From Octopus vulgaris (lineage: Eukaryota): a stretch of DNA of 64,000 nucleotides. The notes beneath the pieces were generated by a model. It ran no database searches. It was not told the origin of the DNA and saw only the letters and a list, made by a program, of their open reading frames with translations. The position numbers were made by a program, and so were the translations under genes. Positions 55,681 through 64,000 of the stretch are shown in pieces (within the stretch, counting starts at the first letter, position 1; each line of letters starts with the position of its first letter). The stretch spans positions 71,052,001 through 71,116,000 of the forward strand of contig OX597830.1 of the NCBI GenBank assembly GCA_951406725.2, read 5' to 3'.

Positions 55681-56495
55681 TCATTGATGGAAGTATTATT
55701 TCGTTTGGTTTTTTCTTCTATTTCTTCCTGCAACAGTTTCAATAAATCAGTCAATGATATATACCTCTTCATGTTACACGAGTTTTTGCCAACGTTCCAC
55801 AAGCTTTTCTACACTTTGATCTTAGTCAAAAGGCCGAGAAGCTTTTCGATGTCTTGAAAGTAGAAACCGCAGGGGCTTGACTCTCAGTTCCACTTCATTA
55901 TATTCAGGAGGCTCTCTATCAGAAGAATATGGTAAACCACAACAAACCAAATTCTTACATACCATATTTTTGTCAAATTAGTGAGTGTTGTCCTGTTGAA
56001 GAAAATAGCGTACCGTATGTTGAAAGACTGGTAAATTTTAATTAAATTTGAAAATCAAAATTTGAAGAGAAAAAGTGAATTATAAAAGGAGACCATAAAC
56101 TATTATAATACAAATGATGTCTTGCAAACAACTTGCACATGCAAGTGCTACCAGTTAAAAGCTCCGTATACCGGAAGCTAGCAAGTGTATGGGGTCATCA
56201 GGAGAGAATGCGCGCCGTTTCGGGGCCTACCTCTCGACGGCATCAATGCGCACCGGCCCCCTCACTGATATGAGGCCCCGCTTGCTAGATCAGCTGGTTA
56301 TGAAGAACTCAATATACTTCTAGCCATCGCTCATCGTCTCTTTTTAACCAAATCCAGTGGCTAGCCTTCTCCACTGTAGATTGAATATCGGTCATGGTGG
56401 TATTGACTTTACGATGAGTTAGGCCTAGCGATAACAACAGTCGTATTAATTCAAATGATATTGAAAAGAAACGAACGAATTTATCTGAGAGCCCC
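55681..56495 (-). mobile_element. Highly degraded mariner relic with later insertions
   Basis: Minus-strand FLQQDNT, PYSSDREPPE, GFYFQDIEKL|VERWQKLV*HEEVYIID*; TIR-like ends ~55681-55712 and 56465-56495 (boundaries approximate). Confidence 0.6.
55809..55842 (-). pseudogene. U2: 3'-truncated U2 snRNA retrofragment
   Basis: Minus strand GCTTCTCGGCCTTTTGACTAAGATCAAAGTGTAG matches the U2 5' stem-loop I region; 9-bp direct repeat AAGCTTTTC at 55801-09 and 55839-47. Confidence 0.9.
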
Positions 56496-56755
56496 ATAAG
56501 ATGAAAATATCCAGATATATAGTCAGCATTCTCAAATCTTTATTTATCTATTGCTAAACCGGATCAAAATGCCTGTGGATTCAGTCCTTCACATGCAGTA
56601 AATTGGAGTGTGTGTGTTTGTGAGTTCCTGCGTGTTTGTGAGTGTGTGTGTGTGTGTGTAAACAAACATGCATAGATACATAAATACATATAATACATGT
56701 ATAAGCATTTATGTGAATGTGCATGTGTATGTATATGTGGATATATATATATGTA

Positions 56756-56788
<33 letters not shown>

Positions 56789-56800
56789 GCATATATGTAA

Positions 56801-56846
<46 letters not shown>

Positions 56847-57126
56847 ATATATATGTGTGTGTGTATATATATGTATATATGTATATATGTATATATATAT
56901 ATATGTATATTCGTATACATTTATATATGCATACATATACATATGTGTGAGCTTGTCTGTCTAGTGATTTAAAACTCATTTTAATGACTAAACATATTTC
57001 GGGCACCGTAGTTATCCTAATAAAAACCAAGAAACAGCAGGAAATAATGAGGTATTTATTGATTTATGAACCTATGGATACAAGAATAGCAACAAAGTAT
57101 ACATACATACATATACATATACATAC

Positions 57127-57197
<71 letters not shown>

Positions 57198-57224
57198 TAT
57201 ATGTATATATGGATGTATGTACAT

Positions 57225-57308
<84 letters not shown>

Positions 57309-58613
57309 GTATATATCTTCAGACACACAAACATATACGTGCACCTGTGTGCGAAACATGCTTTGTTCCACATACGTATTCACCCATAATACAAGCATTA
57401 CACACGCGCACTGTTAATATTGCTAACTGTGTCTCTTTTGTAAGCAATCCCCCATTAACAACATTTAGTTATGTCATTCTCTCGTTAAAACATTGTAACA
57501 AAGTAATGCACATTGTTATATCTATATTTGAGTACGATTTTATATACAAATTTACACATAAACACGTATACCTTCTTGGATGTATGTATATATATATGTG
57601 TGTTTTTATGTGTTTCTTTAAGTGAGTTTTTATGTATCTTTGTGTGTGTGTATTATATTCAAAATGCGTCTTTATTTTAAATTTAACTTACCTTAGTTTC
57701 TTTTTCTCCTCATATTTTGGGTATGAACCCCTTACAAATTGTTTGGGCAATAAAATCCCTACAACTATCAACTTCAAAATTTCCAAAATTTTACAATTTC
57801 ACCAGTGGGATGCAAATCATTCTTAATGCGTTTACGTGGGTCATTCGTATGTCTTAATTTAAACAAACACAAAATCCTAGCATCATAAATGGACACTGAC
57901 AACGTATGAATTTGCTACACGCATCGAACTATCTTATTAGAGCCTACACAGATCCACCTCTTACAATTCCCTACATATTTTCTCAAGCTAACCTAAACCC
58001 CTACCTCCATACTGCACAATAGATATATAAAATGGCATTCCATTTAGTCATTAAAACTATTGCCAATGTAAACCTTTTATATACGACTCGTCTCAGATTT
58101 TAAAAAAATATTCTCAGTCGGAATTGCAGCTCTGTATCAATGATTAAAAGTCTAGCTTCTGTAATTAGAAATAACCAAGCCTTTGTTGTTGAATAGTTTT
58201 TATCACTAAAGCAAACTTTGGTTTCAAATTTTGATACAAGGCTATTAAATTCGAGGGAGGGGTAAGTTGATTACATCGACTCAAGCGCTCAGCGGTAAAT
58301 ATTTTATCGACTCCAAAACGGTGAAAGTTAAAGTCGACCTCCAGTGGCATTTGAACTTAGAACTTGGAAGGAATGCCACTAAGCATTTTGTCTATCAGAG
58401 TAATGATTCTGCCAGCCCACTGTCTTTAACCAAATATATATTTTAATTCCTCACCAAAGGCATAAGGCACAGGTGATTTAATAATTTTAAGTACAAGGTT
58501 GGCTCTTTATTTTGTGGATAACCAGAAAAATTTAATAGCAATGTTGTCCTCAGATGGATTTGAATTCACAATGTGCATATATATAGATATATATATATGT
58601 ATGTTTATGTATG

Positions 58614-58691
<78 letters not shown>

Positions 58692-58726
58692 TGTATGTAT
58701 GTATGTATGTATGTATGTATGTATAT

Positions 58727-58925
58727 AAAGTTAATCCAAACAAGAAACAAAAAAACACAACAACGCGAGGACGTGGAACAAATATAGTATTATTGGACGC
58801 TCAGGAAAGAAGTAAAGAAGGAGGGTTTAACGTTTCGAGCTCTTCGTCGGAAACATAGGAGAAGGAAAGATCCAGAGAAGGGAAGACAGAGGAAAAAAAT
58901 CGCCAACGGTACACACGAGGTCACA
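58727..58925 (-). mobile_element. Family H4 copy; HHR variant with collapsed stem II at 58825-58854
   Basis: Reverse complement matches 26383-26580 and abuts a TA/TATG tract. Confidence 0.6.
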
Positions 58926-59194
58926 TTTTCAAACCTATGTCTGGAATCATGTAAATGGATTCGAATGACACGGTCGTTATTGAAATGTTTTTGCAGTTGG
59001 GACAGTGTATACTTTCTCTCAGGCAATGAACAATTTCTATCTTCGTCTGCGCTTTTACTTAACCCATTTGTGTATACACCGTGTGGATAATTTTTCCCAT
59101 TCATCTCTGCATACAAACTTTGCAACCGTCTCATGTTAACTCGTTTATATATGAATAAAGTACTTGTAATTTTATCTGTTTGCTTTGGTCTACT
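58926..59194 (-). pseudogene. Possible degraded Penelope-like RT thumb/linker fragment
   Basis: Open frame ...RRLQSLYAEMNGKNYPHGVYTNGLSKSADEDR... resembles the RL..L...L...(N/G)YP.....G...A pattern of PLE ORFs; lies directly upstream of an H4 element on the same strand. Judged by eye only. Confidence 0.35.
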
Positions 59195-59563
59195 TTAAAA
59201 ATAGTCTATTTAGGAATAAAACTAATTATCCAGTTCATGTGATCTATTTTATGCTTCCATCTCGTCCTCGAAACCAAACGTGCTTAGGGATATATAAGAA
59301 TATCGTTCAAGAAATGATGATACGACTATACCAATCGCATAGACGAAAAATTTAAGGTTTTATGCTGGATATTGCTTTCTGGGTCTCCTACGACAGGAAG
59401 AGCCTTATAACTGATGTTTCAGTCCTTAAAAAATGGAAAAATAAAAAATTCCAAGATCCTGGCTTGAGAATAATAAGGACTGTTTTCGGTCCTTATACTT
59501 TATTAGACAGCTTCGTCCCAATTCAATCTTGATATAGAATATTTTCCAACTGTTACCGTTCTT

Positions 59564-59598
<35 letters not shown>

Positions 59599-59867
59599 GG
59601 CGGGCTGACAGAACAGTTAGCACGCCGGACAAAATGCTTCGCAGCTCTTCGTTCGTCTTTGCGTTCTAGTTTCAATTTCCGGCCCGCTAATAGAATAAAT
59701 ACCAGTCCGGCACTGGAGTCGGTGTTATCGATTTACCACTTCGCCTAAAATTAATGGCCTTGTGCCAAACATTGTGTGTGCGTTTGTATACATACATACA
59801 TACATACATACATACATACATACATACATACATACATACAGGCATACATACATAGATACATACACAT

Positions 59868-59898
<31 letters not shown>

Positions 59899-60031
59899 AT
59901 TTACTTTTTACTCTTTTACTTGTTTCAGTCATTTGACTGTGGCCATGCTGGAGCACCGCCTTTAATCGAGCAAATCGACACCAGGACTTATTCTTTGTAA
60001 GCCTAGTACTTATTCTATCGGAATATTTTTT

Positions 60032-60072
<41 letters not shown>

Positions 60073-60076
<4 letters not shown>

Positions 60077-60274
60077 CGTTTATATATTTGTTTCGCAAGA
60101 TTCTTGATATGAAATCGTGTGTTGAAACAGATGTTCTTGTATTTAGGAATGGTCATTTTGCCAGTTTAGCCAATAAAAACACACACACTATACATAAATC
60201 TGAAGCAAATTAACACCAAATATATAGTGCGTGTGTTTTTGTTGGCTAAACTGGCAAAATGATCATTCCTAAAT

Positions 60275-60278
<4 letters not shown>
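60073..60278. mobile_element. Fold-back element between (TA)n tracts
   Basis: Arms 60137-60192 and 60223-60278. Confidence 0.7.
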
Positions 60279-60311
<33 letters not shown>

Positions 60312-60404
60312 AGAGAGATAAATAGAGAGAAAGATAGAGAGAGTGTGTGTGTGTGAGAGATAAATAGATAGATACATGCATCCATATGGACAGATAAATA
60401 TTTA

Positions 60405-60435
<31 letters not shown>

Positions 60436-60998
60436 GTATGTATATATAAATAACTATATGTATATATATATATATGAATGAATACACACACACACATAAT
60501 AACACATCTAAAACATAAGCAAGAACATAGATACTACACATACACACACGCTTAGATACACCATTTTTGAATAACAACAACAACAACATCAGACCAATAT
60601 CAACGACACAACTGGGGATTCTTTAATTCTGGTTTATTGTCAAGTTAAAGAACGGAGCAAAACAATGTGCCAAAGACTTATTTGAAATCTTGGCACACAT
60701 CTTTTGGAAAGTCTATAGAGATGGTTTTCAAAGATAGGAACCATTGAATGAAGAGGCCAAGCAAAGCAATATCTTGTGTCTAGATTAATTATAATCGAAG
60801 AGTTTATTCGTATCCGAAATTTACAAGAACTTTTGTTTCCAGGGGTGGAGGTGGTGGGGTGGGGGAAATAGGAAGGGGAGAGAGAGAGAACGCGAGTGTG
60901 AGCCAAAAAGAGATAATGAGAGAGAGAGAGAGAGAGAGAAAGGGAGAGAGAGTGTGTGTGAGAGAAAGTGAGAGAGAGAGAGTAAGAGTGAATGAGAG

Positions 60999-61036
<38 letters not shown>

Positions 61037-61114
61037 GTGCTTGTGTATGAGTGTGTGTGTGAGTGTGTGTGTGTGCGTGTGTTTCAGAGAGAGTATGTGG
61101 GTGAATATGTATGC

Positions 61115-61159
<45 letters not shown>

Positions 61160-61501
61160 TATATGTTTATAATCGTGTGTGTATGTGTGTTTGTGTGCAC
61201 GCACGTATGCCTGTATATCAACGGAATATACACTCAGACCTCATTATTTACACACATGCACACACCTGTTTGCGTTATATTACGTGTTTACGTGCGTAAG
61301 TACCGTATGTGCCAAACTACAATTAGGTTTACGATTAAGAAATAAATACACGCACACACAAAAATACACACACATATGCACATTGACATACATGCACACA
61401 CATACATACACGATATAGAGACGTTACAGAATAAGGATTGTGTATGCTTGTTTGTATGCTTACCTCTATATACGTTGGTATATATGTTTGTATACATGTG
61501 T

Positions 61502-61538
<37 letters not shown>

Positions 61539-61928
61539 CAAATTTGCCACCCGCCCTCCGTTTTGCGTTGAACATAGTTCTTGGTCTACAGAATAAATCA
61601 AAATATTATTATTTAATTCAAATTTCTTCGAGACGAGATTTTATTCCTGCCCCCAAAGAGATGACAAACGGCTCTTGGTAGATGGGTGGACTGAATAGAT
61701 GAGGAGGGTGATGGTTCTGGTATTTCAAACGTTGGCAAAATATACCAAACTGCAATCGAATCCTTCGCGTATGCGCACAACCACACACCACACAGAGCAT
61801 AGTCAAGTGGCCACGCCCTACAGTAGTCTCTTAAGAGATTTAGACTAAGTCTTCTCCAACGTTCAATATAATGGTTTCTGCAATAGACAAAAGCCAGCAA
61901 TTTTGAATTGAGGATGGCTAGTCTATAT

Positions 61929-62239
61929 CAATGGGTCTCAAAGCGGGAAGAATTCTCCATCCCGGGAGCGATGGGGGAGTTCCAAGGGGCGTTGAAGAAA
62001 AGTGGGGCGATAATGGGGCAGCGATTCATATAAAAAGTGGGGTGATAATGGAGAGGCGATTCATGTAAAAACAACAAAATAATGGATTCATTAGATTATG
62101 TTTTATTTGTGAAATACCGTTGTTTTGAATTTACTTCAGAAAGAGGTCTATGTTTGTGGTGGTTAGTTGGGGTGAGGGCGCTAGGTATGTGGCCTGAGTG
62201 TCAAGGGGGCGGCAGTCCGAAAAAGTTTGGGACCCAGTA
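61929..62239. mobile_element. hAT (Charlie-like) MITE
   Basis: TIRs CAATGGGTCTCAAA / TTTGGGACCCAGTA; 8-bp TSD GTCTATAT (61921-28, 62240-47); internal ~35-bp tandem duplication. Confidence 0.8.
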
Positions 62240-62812
62240 GTCTATATCATTAACCTCAGTAATTGACTGGTAATTTGTTTTATGGTCCCGAAAGGGAAGA
62301 AAGCAGAATTAACCTACGCGTGAACTGAAATACAATGTGCCTGGATACAAAGTGCCAGAAGGAATACGCATGGCCATTTTTTAAACCCCGATGCTTTGAA
62401 ATCTTGAAGGAGTCGTAAGAACACTGTTGTGACAAACGACGTGTCATTGACATTTTAAATCTGGCGACGCCCATTCTTTCTGCAGTTCGGATCACAGCCG
62501 AGGGTGGGGAAAAGGTAGATAGAAAGAGAATGAGAGAGAGAGAGAGAGAAAAATAGGGAGAGACAGAGAGAAAGAGAATGTGAGAGAGTGATAGGGAGAG
62601 AGAAAAAGAAAGAGAAAGAGAATAAGAATGGACCTTAGTAGTGGGCTAACTATTTTATCATTCCAGAAAGAATGAAAGGTAAGGTTAACCTCGTTGGGAT
62701 TTGAACCCAGACTTGGATGTATACGGTAAATACACTGTCCAATATTCAAATCTTATATATACGTGTGTATGAGTATGTGTGTGTGTATGTGTATGTGAGT
62801 GTAAGTGCGTGA

Positions 62813-62844
<32 letters not shown>

Positions 62845-64000
62845 CCAGCGGGGTGGCGTCATTTGAAGGCTAAAACAATGCGAAACGCATTGTGACCAGC
62901 GATGTGAAACAACATCTGATAGCCTGGTCGGTCACGGTGATATATATATATGTATATATATATGTATGGAATAAAAACGCAACAGAGGGCAGTAAAACGT
63001 TCAGACAGATAGATGATACAGAGGCGGACAAGAAAAACAAATATTAGAAGGACAGGCAAAAAAAGATGGGTCATTCTTGGCTTTCTTTCATCAGTCGCGA
63101 CCATTTCGGACAGTTGCACTTGAGATTCTTCGATCTGGTTATCCCCCAAAAAGTCTAAGATAAGAGCATTAGACCCCTTTTATAAAATGCATCAAGTACA
63201 AGGCATCACCAACGAGTGAAAATTATGTAGACACACGAGTGTTATGTACAGAACGACTTACCAAAAAATATACAGTAAGAACAGGACATCTCCAGCGAGT
63301 GAAAAACACGTAAAACACAATGAGAGACAAGTACGGGACAAAATACCAAAAGAAGTTTTACCACTCCTCAGTTGTCGACTCCCTATTTCGAGCTTTTAAC
63401 GACAAGACAGCAAAACTTCATAAAAAAAAAAGCAGCATCCAAAAATTCTAAAAATATAAAATTTCTGCAGATTTAGAGTTTCAAACAAGCAAACAACGAC
63501 GGAGTGGATGTACATGGTAAACAGTCGAAGAAGACAAACATTAAGGGCCGCGTTGTAATGGGTAACGCTTGGGAGAATTTTGAAAGGATATAGAATAAAT
63601 ATAAGAGAAGAAAAATAGTAGAATGTCTGGAGGAGAGAAAAAATTACGCGTGTGTGTGTGTATGTGTATATCTATATACACACACACATATACAAATAAG
63701 TGTGTGTACGTATGTATGTATATACATGTCTAGACATGTATATGCATACGTATGTGTTTTGTAGAATTTTAAAATGTACCCCAATCTTCACCATCACCAC
63801 CACCACCAACGCCACCACAGCCACCACCAACGCCACCACAGCCACCACCACCACCACTACCACCGCTATCACCACAACCACAACCACTGCCGCCTCCTCC
63901 GCCACTACTATTACTCTTAATTGCAAAGACTTCCATTTGTATTCCTAATGGCAGATAATAGATTAGTAACTTGCACACATACACTCACACACACGCACAC

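Noticed and set aside
63769-63984. Gly-rich ORF
   Set aside because: Degenerate (CCA)n repeat

Overview
AT-rich eukaryotic DNA packed with microsatellites and interspersed repeats. The SINE types and repeat load suggest an octopus or other cephalopod genome (inferred). I find no intact protein-coding gene, rRNA, functional tRNA or CRISPR array; almost all listed ORFs are translations of microsatellites or SINEs. Supported content: at least three tRNA-derived SINE families (one forming ~184-bp head-to-tail multimers inside a single TSD), mariner relics/MITEs, two hAT MITEs with 8-bp TSDs, two non-autonomous Helitrons ending in CGAG, a CR1-type RT relic (YADD), 3' ends of an R4/Dong-like RLE retrotransposon next to (TACA)n, and a 34-nt U2 snRNA retrofragment. 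The most notable signal is a set of short (~200-450 bp) elements, mostly microsatellite-embedded, carrying minimal type I hammerhead ribozyme (HHR) motifs with canonical or variant cores. Two divergent families share a colinear, covarying hairpin series downstream of the ribozyme, and several elements are fold-back palindromes centred at or near the ribozyme. These look like Penelope-like pseudo-LTR or retrozyme-type non-autonomous retroelements. All structures were paired by eye; no folding or database search was run.
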